From contig OZ024756.1 in NCBI GenBank assembly GCA_964016885.1, forward strand, positions 32,054,001 to 32,118,000: a stretch of DNA of 64,000 nucleotides, in the 5' to 3' direction. This DNA is from Eledone cirrhosa. Taxonomy: Eukaryota. Below are positions 44,309 through 60,328 of this stretch, in pieces. The notes below the pieces were generated by a model. That model saw nothing but the letters and a program-made list of their open reading frames with translations, was not told the DNA's origin and did not search any database. Made by a program: the position numbers and the translations under genes. Each line of letters starts with the position of its first letter. Position 1 is the first letter of the stretch.

Positions 44309-44654
44309 TTAACATTAACACAAACATAACGTAATTCATACAAGTGTCGTTTATGAAAGTATGTGCAAAAAAAATCACGATTGATAGCAGAGGCTTATAT
44401 GAAAGTATATACAAACATATCATTATTGGCAATAGTAAAATAATATATAAGTTATAGCTCACACTGCTTCAGTACCTAGTAATTAAACATCACTGACGGT
44501 TTAATTTAGTGTTTGGCGCTTTCATATAGTTAGTGTGATACTGCGACCTTATCACAAGCATATAATACTAATAGGAAGTTTTGTGTGAGTTGTTTGTTAT
44601 GCGTACACATATTCTATATACTTTCATATATGTGTCTATAACGAAACACAAAAT

Positions 44655-45392
<738 letters not shown>

Positions 45393-45790
45393 ATATATAT
45401 ATATGATATATATATGTATATATATATATAGGAAAATGTGTGAGATCCTTGGTACAGTTGTGTATATTTGAAAAAAAGGAAAATAATGACTTCCCTGATA
45501 GTGTTAACAAATGTTTGATTTAATTTTATATTATAATATTACAAACATACATACATATATTCATTGATACATGATTACATAATGCATTGATACATCCCAA
45601 ATCCCTTGGGGGTATCGGTTAGACTTGTACTGAAAACACAGATTGAACCATTAACATGTGTGATTGTGAAGTGAAATTCTAAAACACACCGCCCCGTTTA
45701 TTAAGTTAAACAATGTAACCCGCCTACAGAGATGCGTGCCTAAGCGCATATATACCCGCTCACACACACGCACACACACACACACACAAA

Positions 45791-45825
<35 letters not shown>

Positions 45826-45847
45826 ACACACACAAACACACACACAC

Positions 45848-45878
<31 letters not shown>

Positions 45879-46768
45879 TATACATATATACACATATACA
45901 TCATACATATATAGAAGTATAGACGTACATATATATTTTATATCTCTCTATCGCTCTCTCTCTCTATATATATATGTGTGTATGTGCTTATGTTTGCGCG
46001 TGTGTCTGTATATGTGTCTATGTATACTGTGTACTTCTCACTTCGTGTGTATCGTGAATAGTTCTAATGCTGTTAAGTTTGTATATACACAGATAAAGCG
46101 TATGTATTCCCAGTCACGCATTTTCTTTATAGTAATTTTGTCACAATGGCCAAATACTTGATGTTTATGCCTAGTAGCATTATCTTAGATTACATCTTGG
46201 CGCCATAACGGAAGTAAAGCTTTGAAAAATCGTCTGCCTTCATGTTGAATCTATAGATTACATTGTGACAAGCATGAAGTTGACTGTTATCTTCTGTAAA
46301 CATAAATTATAGAAGACGAAAATCGTTATGAAACAAAGCTCAGATATTACAATGAAAAATCCAAGCAAAGCTATAGAAATAAATTCTATCTAACTCCACT
46401 GACCACCTCATAAAGCGACAAAATCAATCCTCCTATGCATATACTATTATTTTTATATATCCAATAAATTTTAATTAAATCCAATGTACTGACATTTCCA
46501 GCATCTATAAAGATAGGCGTCCTACAATGTATTTGATATGTTGGAAATTTCTCTCGATATAGTAATGAATAAATAATCCAGGGATCGACAGTTCGGGTAT
46601 TGCACAGTCAGCGGGAGTTCGGCATGTTTTTTGTTTGCTCACAAGACACGTAACTGAAAATTTTGCCGCCATCACGATAAACACGAAAAAAGGAAAATAG
46701 GAAATAATTGAGAATATATGCATAAATCTACAATATACATGGATAGTTTATATTCACACTCGTACATG

Positions 46769-46815
<47 letters not shown>

Positions 46816-46817
<2 letters not shown>

Positions 46818-47306
46818 AAAGTTATATTTAAATTGTTGGGTTACAACTAGTAAATATTTATAACTGATATAAAAGCACTCAACAAGTATTTGGAGTATAT
46901 TTACGATATTAAATAAATGGAAACTATATTTATAAAACCATATTTATTTCATTATATATATTTCAGGGATATCATATTAACAATATGTTATGCCTTCCTC
47001 AGACAAAATACAATATAGACAGTTTTATAGATAAATAGATTTGACATACCGTTCAACATCGACTTGTATTTGAGAAAGTTGATTTGGCAGAATCAACTTT
47101 CAAATCAACTTTCAAATCAACTGCCAAATCAACTTTCTCAAATACAAGTCGATGTTGAACGGTATGTCAAATCTATTTATCTATAAAACTGTCTATATTG
47201 TATTTTGTCTGAGGAAGGCATAACATATTGTTAATATGATATCCCTGAAATATATATAATGAAATAAATATGGTTTTATAAATATAGTTTCCATTTATTT
47301 AATATC

Positions 47307-47309
<3 letters not shown>
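46816..47309. mobile_element. Fold-back hammerhead element with 189-bp arms (family H4) in (TA)n
   Basis: Tail with agCACTCAA. Arms 46902-47090 and 47121-47309, no mismatch found by eye. 30-nt repetitive spacer. Confidence 0.85.
47202..47265 (+). ncRNA. Type I hammerhead ribozyme (mirror at ~46946-47009 on -)
   Basis: attttgt-CTGAGGA-agg...cct-GAAA-T-atat-A-TA|atgaaat, followed by AATAAA. Confidence 0.65.
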
Positions 47310-47360
<51 letters not shown>

Positions 47361-47362
<2 letters not shown>

Positions 47363-47447
47363 CGAAGGAAATGTGGTAAGGAACCAGATGGACCATAATT
47401 ACCCGTCGAAACGGCTTGAGCTCAGCCGTCGGGGTCCTACTCGTTCC

Positions 47448-47448
<1 letters not shown>
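47361..47448. mobile_element. Short (TA)n-embedded element (family H5) with hammerhead 3' half
   Basis: GAAA-CGGCT-tgagctc-AGCCG-TC|gggg. Inverted homolog at 49056-49229. Confidence 0.6.
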
Positions 47449-47480
<32 letters not shown>

Positions 47481-47639
47481 GTATATAATATATGTATATA
47501 TGTATGTATATATATATATATACTTGTATACACACACATATATATATGTATATATATATACATAAATTACACACATCCACTAATTGTCGTATTACCAAGG
47601 GCAACATAATGCTACTTCACTCTCTTCTTCTCCTCTCCG

Positions 47640-47696
<57 letters not shown>

Positions 47697-47764
47697 CATA
47701 CACACACACGCACACGCAAACACACACACACGCACACACACATACGCACACACACACAGACACC

Positions 47765-47853
<89 letters not shown>

Positions 47854-48663
47854 ATGAACATCTATTCTGTTAGTCATACCCTCTGTCACATCCTAGATGT
47901 GAGGCTCTGTCTAGTGAGGTATGGAAAGATTAGAGGTTGTTTCAGTCTTCTCACGACTTCAAGAATACCGAAACATTTTGCGAAAGTCAACCACATACTA
48001 ATGAATCATACTAAGTTGTTAGTGACATCTGTAGTTAAAAATCTCTTTTATACATTAGTCGAATCTATATATTCTACCGAAAAACGTTGCTCCTACCATT
48101 TTTTTTTTTTAAAGCCAAGTAAATTGCGCCAAAAGTAGAAACAATTATTATAGAGAAATATATTGAGACAAAAAACAAATAAAAGAAGATAAAACTATAC
48201 ACGTCAAATGCATTAAATTGACTAAATTTTTTTGTCATTGGGAGACGTGAATCCAAATTCCTAGGTCTCCTTTTTTTTCTGTTAACAATGTACAAATGAT
48301 AGAGCTGAAATCGCATTATTACAGCTTTTGGTCAGAAACAATTTATAGAACAATTTCGTGCACTTAATTCAATTTAGAAATAAAAATCTTTCATAGATCA
48401 AATTTACAGCTGAACAAAAAAAAGAAACGAACACACACTTTACACACATTCACACGTAGGTAAACGAGGTATTGTATAAGGTAATCCAAGTAGATGTTAT
48501 GAGTAATCTGTACAGTCGTTGACAAGTGTTTACATAGTTGAAGTGTTCAAATGTCAAAGCAACACCCAGGATAGAGATTTTTAGACACATCAAGTCAATG
48601 AAACGGTTGTTAATTCCTGGAATAAACCCTACTGTATAGCTCATCCATGTTATTCTTTACTCC

Positions 48664-48801
<138 letters not shown>

Positions 48802-48893
48802 TATATATAAATACATACCGCATATATGTATATAAATATATTTCTTTGTTTTGCATGAATTCCTATATGAAAACATATACTCTAACAGCAATA

Positions 48894-48941
48894 GTTATAC
48901 TTTGGAAAGGCCATGCTGCAAACCACCTCCCAAAGTATAAC
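48894..48941. repeat. Mini-hairpin sharing its terminus with the 32.6-kb element
   Basis: gttatactttggaaagg...cctcccaaagtataac. Confidence 0.6.
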
Positions 48942-48942
48942 A

Positions 48943-48980
<38 letters not shown>

Positions 48981-49055
48981 ATGTGTGTGTGTGTGAAAGC
49001 AGCGATTCTTTGTTTAAACTTTAATCTGTTATTTTAATAAATAAATACATATATA

Positions 49056-49228
49056 TAGGAAAAGAGTCAGAACCCCGACGACAGAGCTCAAGCCGTTTCG
49101 AGAGCTATTTCTGGACTCATGGATGAGTCGGGGTCCTGACTCTTTTCCTATTACCCATTCTACTACCCAAAGTATCGAGTACTCTGGTGCATTATGGTCC
49201 ACCTAGTTCCTTACCACACTTCCTTCGT

Positions 49229-49229
<1 letters not shown>
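49056..49229. mobile_element. Fold-back element (family H5) with right tail
   Basis: Arms taggaaaagagtcagaaccccgac and gtcggggtcctgactcttttccta. Tail has gagTACTCGA on the minus strand at ~49174-49183. Confidence 0.7.
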
Positions 49230-49269
<40 letters not shown>

Positions 49270-49820
49270 ATGTGCATGTGATTGTGTGAGATTCTGAGTA
49301 CAAACACCACTAATAAAACTAATAAAACAAGATATATAATATCGTTTGTATCTTTTCTGATATTTAAAATTTAAAAACCTTTAAAAAGAATAAAAAAAAC
49401 ACTCAAACCGAAGTTTATAGTAATTCATTATACTCGATGGCCAATGTGACAAACAATCAATCAAACCAAGTTATAAACACCACACCAGTTTGACAATATG
49501 AACACTTCTTTATGACAATTCAATAGTGTAGAATTGGACAGTAATCAGAATTGTCATAAATCTTGATTATTTATCAGGTTTAAAAACTTACTAAAGTCGG
49601 TATTAGCCTTAAAACAATAGTTACATTAATGCAAACATAATGACGAAGGGAAAATAAAACTCTAGGGGAATTCCAAATTTATATTTTTATTACTTCCCTA
49701 TGGCAAACTATTATGGGTATATTTCAATGTTGTTTACGTCATCTTCAGCAAATTATACATTTAGTGTAACGCACTGATGCATTAAAGGGGTGAATCATTG
49801 AGTAAATATGCAGTAGTAGG

Positions 49821-49996
49821 TAATTGTTTCTACTTTAGGCACAAGGCCAGCAATTACCCAGTACATTACTGGTACTATATTTTATCGACCCCGTAAGGAT
49901 GAAAAGCAAAGTTAACCTCGGCAGGATTTGAACTCAGATCGTAAGGGGACGTAACTATGCTGGAAAGCATGTCCGACCCTCTACCGATACTGCCAA
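49821..49996 (-). mobile_element. Family A SINE
   Basis: Reverse complement of the family consensus. Confidence 0.9.
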
Positions 49997-50075
49997 ATTA
50001 CAACAGATACTCAAGGCTGAATGAATTGGGGCCCAGAACCCAACGAACATTGAGTACCTGTTTATTTCACTGTTG

Positions 50076-50126
<51 letters not shown>

Positions 50127-50250
50127 GGTGGGGATCAGTGTGTGATCATGTGTGTTCGTATGTTTACGCGGTATTTAGAAATATTATACGTGTACGAGCG
50201 TATCTGTATTTTTGTACGTCAGAGAGAGAGAGAGAGAGAGGTAGGCGGAC

Positions 50251-50356
<106 letters not shown>

Positions 50357-51642
50357 ATTAAGCATATGTCAGAGATATGTATCTACAGTCGTTAGGCCAC
50401 ACAGAATGCTCTAACGACCATTTCAAGTGAGTCGCAAACTCTAAACCTATTATATTTTACAATAATCACTGGCATGGAAATCTTGAGCGGTTTTAACCTT
50501 TCTTTATTTTGTCTTCTGTCAAGAAGAAGAACAAAAAGAAATATATTTAAACAAACACAGAAGCTGTCACCATTGAAAAACCAAGACATTTTATTTTCTG
50601 TTCTTTTTTTTCCATCGATTTTTATCGTTTCACATATTTCGAACGGAAAGTGTCAGCCATAGTTTCAGTGACATTTATGCCGAATTTTCAAAGTATTTCG
50701 ATCGTTTCTCTCTCAGCAAGTGCAGGTTGAAAGTTCACGGAAAATCTTCTGCTATGTGCTTGAAGAATTATTTTTGGTCTGTCTCCCGCATTTCTGCTTC
50801 ATTCCCTTATTATTCCTTCCTGAAAGTAAAATGGCAAATGAAATATATACATTATCTTTACCATTATCTTTTGGCGGAATGCTATAAATATCTGTACATT
50901 CGAAAGGAGAAACAAAGTCTCTCTCTCCCCCTCTCTCTCTCTCACTCTCATATACACACACACATACAGTCACACACAGACACACACAGACGACACACAC
51001 ATATATATACATATTAATATATGTCTGTGTATGTATGTGTGGATGCGTACTCGTGTGTGTGAATATATATTTATGCAAAATTATAGATATGTATATATAT
51101 ATGTGTACATATATACATGTATATGAATTCAAGAGCCAAGGAGAACACATCAGTCGCTCAATGTGTAAGACATAGTAGGGAATTATCCTTGAAATTGTGA
51201 CGTTGAATAATGGCCACATGTTGCGACCAGCATGCGTTATTCAATGTTTTCACGACGCTAAAGAAAACCTAACTATATGTATTCAATTATTGCAGTGAAA
51301 GAGATTAGCTTTGAAGTCCCAATTTCCTTTACTTTCCTTTACGTTTATCGTTGACAACTCATATCAAAATTTCTATTGGTGACGCGAGGCGCCGTCATAA
51401 CATACGTATATATCTTGGGCATTGTATAGTGGGTGGGGGTAGATATTCCTGTCTAGATTTTTACACAGTCAAGTATATATATATATATATATACAGTATA
51501 TATATATATATATATTTAATACATTAACAGAGAAAGCTTTAAGCAATAGTCCGACCGGCTTCCGTCTCATTCAACAAACATTAGGTTATACCTTAGTATA
51601 ATCCCAATTATACGTTTGACGTGCTAACTATACGTATTTTGT

Positions 51643-51709
<67 letters not shown>

Positions 51710-52509
51710 TAAAGCAGGAGAGAGAGAGAGGAAGTTAATATAGCAGGCTAGTGTCGAGCTAGCTTCAAAACACAAGCTAATAGTCGCGATAAAACAACGT
51801 ATATCAATGTTACAACGTCACAGCAAAATCCGACGTAGATAAAGAAACTCCTACGTAGGAGAGGTTTACACTTTACTTAAAGTACATTCCATGTTTCTTG
51901 AACTCCTCGTGGAGTCGTAGCGGATGGGGCTCCCTCATGATATCATATATGATGTGCCAGAGGCATTTTAAACCAAGACAAGACCACCCCTCTCCATTTC
52001 GAAATATAGTTGATACTTTCAAGTGTATCAAAGAGAGCGAGAGAAAGTAAGAATGAATTGTAATGAAGAATCGATTCCAGTACTGATCAATTACTACATT
52101 TATTGATCTTGAAAGAATGAAAAGCGATATTGACCATGTCAATATTTGATCAACTAAATCTGATAGCCGAAACGAATACCGTAAAGCATAGCAAAGAAAT
52201 ATATTTGGCAAACCGTCGCCATACCTAAAGGTATTGTAAGAATGAAAATACATAGAAAATATAGTGGACACCTTATAGGAAAGAGTTAACAAGCGATGCT
52301 TTATCAATGATATATTCATCTACATGGAATCCGTGTTGTTTTTAATGACAAAATTCTTAATTGATTACAATTATGTTCAAAATACAAAATGCGTGTAAAC
52401 TACAGCCAAAACATACAATTAAACAACAACAAAAAAAAGAAAATAAAGTTCATATATTTTTTTATAATTTATTCTAGAATCACTCTACATACATATATAC
52501 ATATGTGTA

Positions 52510-52560
<51 letters not shown>

Positions 52561-52570
52561 TCACACAGAC

Positions 52571-52717
<147 letters not shown>

Positions 52718-53109
52718 CTCGTTACCGTCGTCATCATTAAGTGGCTCAATAAATGTATAATTAGTTTGTTGCATTTACGTTTTTTTATTTTGAATACGTG
52801 AAGATATTTCAAAGAAAATTAAATTTAAATTTAAATTAAATGCATATATACATATATATTTACATATATTCATACATACATTCATATATACATACATGCA
52901 TACGTACATGCATACGTACATACATAAATACATATTTACATGCATACATACATACATGCACGCATACATACGTACATGCACTCATTCATATATACATACG
53001 TATATACATACATAAATACATGTATATATACATACATGTGTTTGTCTGTGTAAATAAATGAATATGTATATATATATTAAAAGTTATAAAATATATCAAC
53101 AAGAGCAAA

Positions 53110-53160
<51 letters not shown>

Positions 53161-53905
53161 AAGAAGTAGTATTAGTAGTCGTAGTAGTTGTAATAATAAC
53201 AAATATTTGTTTACATTTGATAATTATTTTTATCCTCCATTTTTTAATATTCATATTATTGCCTTGTCATTATTTCGGTTATAATTCGCATTTGATTAAT
53301 TCTACAGACTTTGGGATTTAGTCAAATATTGTTAAATAAACAGATTTCTTCAGTTGAATACCTTCCAGAAAGAATTATAATATTTAGAAATTAAAACAAC
53401 AGATTGGTATTAATCTTTTGCTTTCCACAAAACTGTGTCTACATATTTCTACAGTTATGTCTTATTTATCTGTGATTATTTCACATGACTAGTAAATGCC
53501 CATAGCTTAATAATAACACTCTTCTTCTAACGGATGTGACTTTTATTGGTACTATTATTACTACAGCCATAATGGCGGTGGATTGGCAGTATCGATAGAG
53601 GGTCGGAAGCCATGTGGTAACTCCACATTCCCCACAGCTCCTGAACTCCCGAACTGGAGCCTTGCCACTGGATGTAGTTTAATGCCATACCCAGGACATA
53701 AACATTTTCGGCCACCATCCCCTTCACTGCCACGAAACATCTTCAATGACCCAACCCTATTTCCAGAGAGAACTACCTACACTCAAATTGTAAATAATAT
53801 ATAAGAAATAAAATCCAGAACTGCATTTACTGTACATTTTTCAGTGAAATGAAAAACCGTCACGAGCAGGCTGGTCCATCGATCAAACAACTGACCCCTC
53901 TTCTC

Positions 53906-53985
<80 letters not shown>

Positions 53986-54018
53986 CCTCTCTCTCTCCCT
54001 CTCATTCTCTCCCTCTCT

Positions 54019-54126
<108 letters not shown>

Positions 54127-54648
54127 GCTGTGAGCTTTATATATATATGCTGTGAGCTTTTTGCACAATATTCAGCTAACATATTGCACGGATAGGATAT
54201 AGATATATCTAGGGATATAAGCAATAAATGACACTCGCTCACCGTTCCACGCAATGGGATCAAACGCCAAACAGACGTCGTGCTGGGAGAGCAAAGTTCT
54301 TAAGCATGGCATTGAATCATGCCATCATATTTCTTGGAATAATTCCCTTTTAACATAAAATATGAAAGAGTAAATAGCCACTATCTATTTACCGTGATGT
54401 ATGAAATAATTCGACATCAAATAAAATCGCGCATTGTTCCATACAAACATCAATTATATCGTTAGATAATTTTCTAACAACTACAAACGTAAGTATAGGA
54501 ATGTAATTTAATAAACGTCGCCATATTGATTATACGAGTAAATTATTTAGTTTGAAGTTTATTGAATTTATTCATATTTAACGATTTATATAAGTATACT
54601 TATATTTATATACACATATTCATACATATGTATACGTGTATATTTATA

Positions 54649-54701
<53 letters not shown>

Positions 54702-54736
54702 ACTGCCTCTCTGTCTTGTTCCTGTTCAAATTTTCC

Positions 54737-54820
<84 letters not shown>

Positions 54821-54971
54821 TATTTATATATATATGTGCCTGTGTGTGTTTGTATTATATATATATATGTATACATATATAAACATATACATATATATAT
54901 ATAATATATGTATTTATATATATATATACATTATATATATATAACATATATGTATAAATTAGGTATTTTCC

Positions 54972-55078
54972 TCCCGCCGAGGTTAACTTTGCCTTTCATC
55001 CTTACGGGGTCGATAAAAAAAAGTACCAGTAATGTACTGGATAATTGGTGGCCTTGTGCCTAAAATAGAAACAATTAT
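54972..55078 (+). mobile_element. 5'-truncated family A SINE
   Basis: Core and 3' end present. Confidence 0.85.
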
Positions 55079-55101
55079 TAGTATATATATATATATTATT
55101 A

Positions 55102-55163
<62 letters not shown>

Positions 55164-55217
55164 ATAAATATATACCGAGTTTTTTCTAATACTTATATAT
55201 ATATAAAATATAATATA

Positions 55218-55330
<113 letters not shown>

Positions 55331-55907
55331 TATATAGAGAGAGAGAGAGCGAGAGAGAGGGAGAGAGAAAGCGAGAGAGAGAGGGAGAGAGAGAGAGAGA
55401 GAGGGGTGGAGGGAGAGGGATAGTGAATGAGGGGTAAAGTAATAAACACATATAGAGGTGACATCGACCCCCAGAGCAGGACTCCATGGTTTCTTCGCTA
55501 ACTGGCTTTACCATACCTTTGGGTCGATCACTGTTTACCTAAACTGTGCGGAAGAGCATTGGATAGTTCATACCAGTAATTCAAACGACCAGGCTTATTA
55601 GATACTTTTACACGTTGATTAGGATTGAGAATTCCGTTAAGCGTACATGTACATGTACGTGTCTGACGAATACTCAACCACTTACAAGTTAACACATAGT
55701 TTGGACGTCCAGTTTGATGGTGCAACTGAATCCTCCTCGTCGAAAGTGACGGACGATCCATGATGAGGTGTGATATAATAATGTGAGGTTTCGTTTTAAT
55801 GTAAGACATCGTGTGGTTGTATTGGTAGCAAAATATTGCGTTATATAATTATTCATTTATGAAGTAGAATTTCATATAAACGATTTTATACTAATATATA
55901 TATATAT

Positions 55908-55960
<53 letters not shown>

Positions 55961-56623
55961 TTATGTATGTATATATATTTACCAATATAAGCACAATAAT
56001 TATGCAGAGAAATCAAAGATTCTTTTGATTAAATAAAACTATGGAAATATTGGTCCTATGTAATGGCTGCGTGAAAAGTAATATGGAGTGAGAGGATAAA
56101 TTAAGTTTTCTCATATACCTCATCAACCTATCATTAGTTCATTAAGAACATTTTCATGTTAAGTTCAATCAATTCGGAATATTTGTCACTTATAAGCAAT
56201 CATTGAATCGATAATTTGATCAGTATAGAAACTTGTGGCTCATGACTGACAACAAGAGTATTCGATTAGATGTCACACACATACATACGAATCTATTGCC
56301 ATTTTATGAATAATTTCATACTATTTATTGTGAAGATGTTAAAGTGATCGGCTTATGATCGTTGGGAAATGAGTTTGATTTACGTCCACTCAATTGACAA
56401 AAAATCATTTGTACAAGTATTTAAAGGGTTGGATTCATCATGTAATATGTCACGCTGAATTTCATATACAATTATAATAAAGAAATATCTGTTTGTGGAA
56501 TGTTGAACAAGCAGAAGTCTCATTTCTAAACCAACGGAGGACCACCTACATCAGTATGTTTTTACGGACATAGACATTGATGGATCTCTCTCTCCCCCTC
56601 ACTATTTATCTATCTTCAATCTA

Positions 56624-56672
<49 letters not shown>

Positions 56673-56875
56673 TTATATATGCAAGCATGGTCCCGTAAGA
56701 CTTGAGTCATAGATGTTCCGTATTGAGATACGGACTTTCTTGGACACTTTTAAACCTGGCGGAACCTATCTCATCTCCATGTCTGAATTCAGCAGATTGC
56801 TTCCAGATAAACATAGAGAGTGAGAGAAAGGAAGTAAGAAAGTGATATAGCGGAATAAATGAATCCAGTTCTCGC

Positions 56876-57003
56876 TATTTTTCTATCGACTTCGAATATA
56901 TGAAAGGTAAACTTGACCTCAGCAGGATTTGATCTCCGAGAGCAGAGACCCAAAACAAATACCACAAAACATTCTATCTGACGTTCTAACGACTCTGCCA
57001 GTT
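56876..57003 (-). mobile_element. Diverged family A-related SINE
   Basis: tatcgac...tgaaaggtaaacttgacctcagcaggatttga...gactctgcca. Confidence 0.6.
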
Positions 57004-57123
57004 CACCGTCTGTTGTTTGTTTGTGCAGACATCTACAAATATTTTTCCATAGATTTTGAAAACACTATGTAGCATCCAAGATCTCCAATACGAAAATATA
57101 ACCTTCACCAAGTTGGTGAATCA

Positions 57124-57172
<49 letters not shown>

Positions 57173-57228
57173 TATATATATATACGTATCCTAGGAAATA
57201 CCATAGAACCACACACACCTAGACACGC

Positions 57229-57293
<65 letters not shown>

Positions 57294-57399
57294 AACATAT
57301 ACATGCATATACAGAAACTCACACAATTACACACACAGGCTTGCACACGCCTATGTATATATATATATATATATGTATATACATATATATATATACATA

Positions 57400-57461
<62 letters not shown>

Positions 57462-57902
57462 TAGAGAGATTTATACACATACATATATATATATATATAC
57501 ACACACATATATATATGTGTGTGTGTGTGTGACACGGTTGACACCACTGACTTCACTTTGAAGTCGAGGCTATACCAAGATCTTACTAGTGATGGCTAAC
57601 TCAGATCAAAATAACTAAAAAAAGATACGTTAAAAAAACAAAAAACAACAACAGCAACAACTACAACAACAACAGAAACAATATATCTGATCCTGACGAA
57701 TATTCTCGAATTCGCATGAGAGAAATGATGTTTCTCCAATTTCTGTTTGCATGGATAAAACCAAACGACAATATTTCTTTTCACATTGCTTGCAAAAAAA
57801 GTTTTAGCAACGAAGGTTAAACTAAAAAATTACGTAATATGACAAATTCTTCGAAAGGTCAAATAACATCGAAAGTCATAGAGGATAAAAGTTCTGTGAT
57901 AC

Positions 57903-57948
<46 letters not shown>

Positions 57949-58331
57949 CTACATGTCATGTTTAACTTAGGTTATTCATGTCTTGCGGGAAGGTGGAAGT
58001 TTACTGACTGAATCTTCCAATTCGTTGAGTAAGATTGATGATGTTTTATGATATTTTCTATCATTATAATATTTTCACAACATCTGACATTATCGTTCAT
58101 TCCCTTAGGTGTGATAAGAATCGGTAATAGTGGGTGATATAGTCGATTGATACAAATATACACTTCCTCCTATACTGTTGTCCTTATCAAAAGAATGCTT
58201 TTTAAAGAACGAACATTGATTTGTTATCAATAGTATGCTGTCATTTCTGACACCAGTAATATAGTCGGGGATAAATCATCTCTATGGATTTATTCATCGT
58301 AAATAATTGTAAATCGACGATACAGTTACCA

Positions 58332-58450
58332 ATAATTGTTTCTGCTCTTGGTACACGGCCAGCAATTACCTCAGTACATTACTGGTACTTTATTTCATAG
58401 ACCCCGTAAGGATGAAAGGCAAAGTTTACCTGGGCGGGATTTGAGCTCAT
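58332..58450 (-). mobile_element. 5'-truncated family A SINE
   Basis: Core and 3' end on the minus strand. Confidence 0.8.
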
Positions 58451-58542
58451 GGACCTTTACTAGCTGAGTTTATGTATATATAATATATATATATATATTG
58501 TTTATCGAGCCCTCTTCGGATTTTAGTCTTCACATTTATTAT

Positions 58543-58575
<33 letters not shown>

Positions 58576-58578
<3 letters not shown>

Positions 58579-58778
58579 GTAGAACACTGGAAGGTAATAT
58601 CCGTAGTGGTAGAGCACTCAGTCCATGGGACGAGTTAGGTAGAAGTGGTTACACAACACTAAGTTCACCATAGCGTGAACAATTGTTTCACCTTAGCAGA
58701 TCCTCAGCTCGTAATGGACATGGTTATACGGACATGTCCATTACGAGCTGAGGATCCGCTAAGGTGAAAATATTGTTC
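58576..58778 (-). mobile_element. Fold-back element with hammerhead-like arms and left tail
   Basis: Tail with gagCACTCAG. Arms 58677-58722 and 58733-58778. Minus strand cgag-CTGAGGA-..-GAAA-C-aatt-G-TT|cacg at 58674-58711. Confidence 0.65.
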
Positions 58779-58785
58779 TGGGTTC

Positions 58786-58884
58786 GAGGTTAACTTTGCC
58801 TTTCATCCTTACGGGATCGATAAAATAAAGTACCAGTAATGTACTGAGTAATTGTTGGCCTTGTGCCAAAAGTAGAAACGATTA
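58786..58884 (+). mobile_element. 5'-truncated family A SINE
   Basis: gaggttaactttgcctttcatcc...aagtagaaac. Confidence 0.85.
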
Positions 58885-59263
58885 TATATATTATATTATT
58901 TTATTTTAATTCTTTTACTGTGTTTCTTTCTTCATCGCGTCACAAGATATTGTATATCTCTACAAAATACTATGTAAATGTGGGGAGACGTTTTTTAAAT
59001 ATATTTTTTATTCGTTTTTCCTCACACGAAAATGCCTTAAGCGGTTAGTTATCTGTATAGTTGTAAAATCACTAGAGGATGAATAATTCATATTGTACGG
59101 TTAAATAGATATCTTCGAATTATTTCTATTTTTATACCTGTTGTATATATATATATATATATATATACATATTTAATACACATACATACACATATATATA
59201 TATATGTATATATGTGTATTAAAGATGTATATATATGTGTGTGTGTGTCTCTGTTTGTATATA

Positions 59264-59377
<114 letters not shown>

Positions 59378-60080
59378 CTATTTTATTCGTAGATATACTA
59401 TACTAAATATACGGATTTTGACGCCTCTGCTCAACACTGTAAGATTATATTTCAAGTGGGCAGAAAAGACGAATTAGTCCAGTGTAAGAAAGTTCGATAG
59501 GTGTTTTAAGATTTACGAAATGATTTACGAAATTTTACCAATTCATCATGAATGTAAATGTAATACGATATATTTATGATCAACAGATATTGTTTTCTCA
59601 TTTAGATACACAACCAACAGTTTAGCGAAAAAGGAAAGTCAATTGAATCTGACTGGAATTGTCACAGGTACTTATTCTATGTATGTATGTATGTATGTAT
59701 GTATGTATGTATGTATGTATGTATGTATGTATGTATGTATGTATGGGCTCCAACGACATGCAAAAGTACATGAACTCCAACCACAGCTGGCTATTCTCAG
59801 TGAATGTTTTGGTTGCCGACTCTGTGCAAGACATTTTAGATCATTGGCTGGGCTAAAAAGCCACATTTGATTGCAGCGCTGTTAATTGCTATCGTGTGTG
59901 TGTATAGATATGTTTATGTGTGTGCGTGTGTGTGTGTATATATATATATATATGTATATTATTATTGTTGTTGTTGTCGTTATTATTATTGTTTTTATTA
60001 TTATTATTATTGTTATTAATATATATATATTTTTTTCTCCGGCAATGGCCATACTCGATAACGAGGGGGCAGCCATCATC

Positions 60081-60123
60081 ATGTATGTATGTATGTATGT
60101 ATGTATGTATGTATGTATGTATG

Positions 60124-60170
<47 letters not shown>

Positions 60171-60242
60171 TTATCTATCTATCTATGTGTCTATCTGTCT
60201 CTCTCTCTCGCTCTCTCTTGCTCTCTCTCCCCTCTCTCTCTT

Positions 60243-60311
<69 letters not shown>

Positions 60312-60328
60312 TTATTTATCTATCTATA
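60081..60328. repeat. (ATGT)n, (ATCT)n and (CT)n microsatellites
   Basis: Read directly from sequence. Confidence 0.95.

Noticed and set aside
46195-46680. YY1/ETS-like promoter motifs (gccataacggaagt, gccgccat)
   Set aside because: Short motifs expected by chance, with no linked exon evidence.
51873-52319. 148-aa minus-strand ORF
   Set aside because: No recognisable motif, and it overlaps a decayed SINE-like segment.
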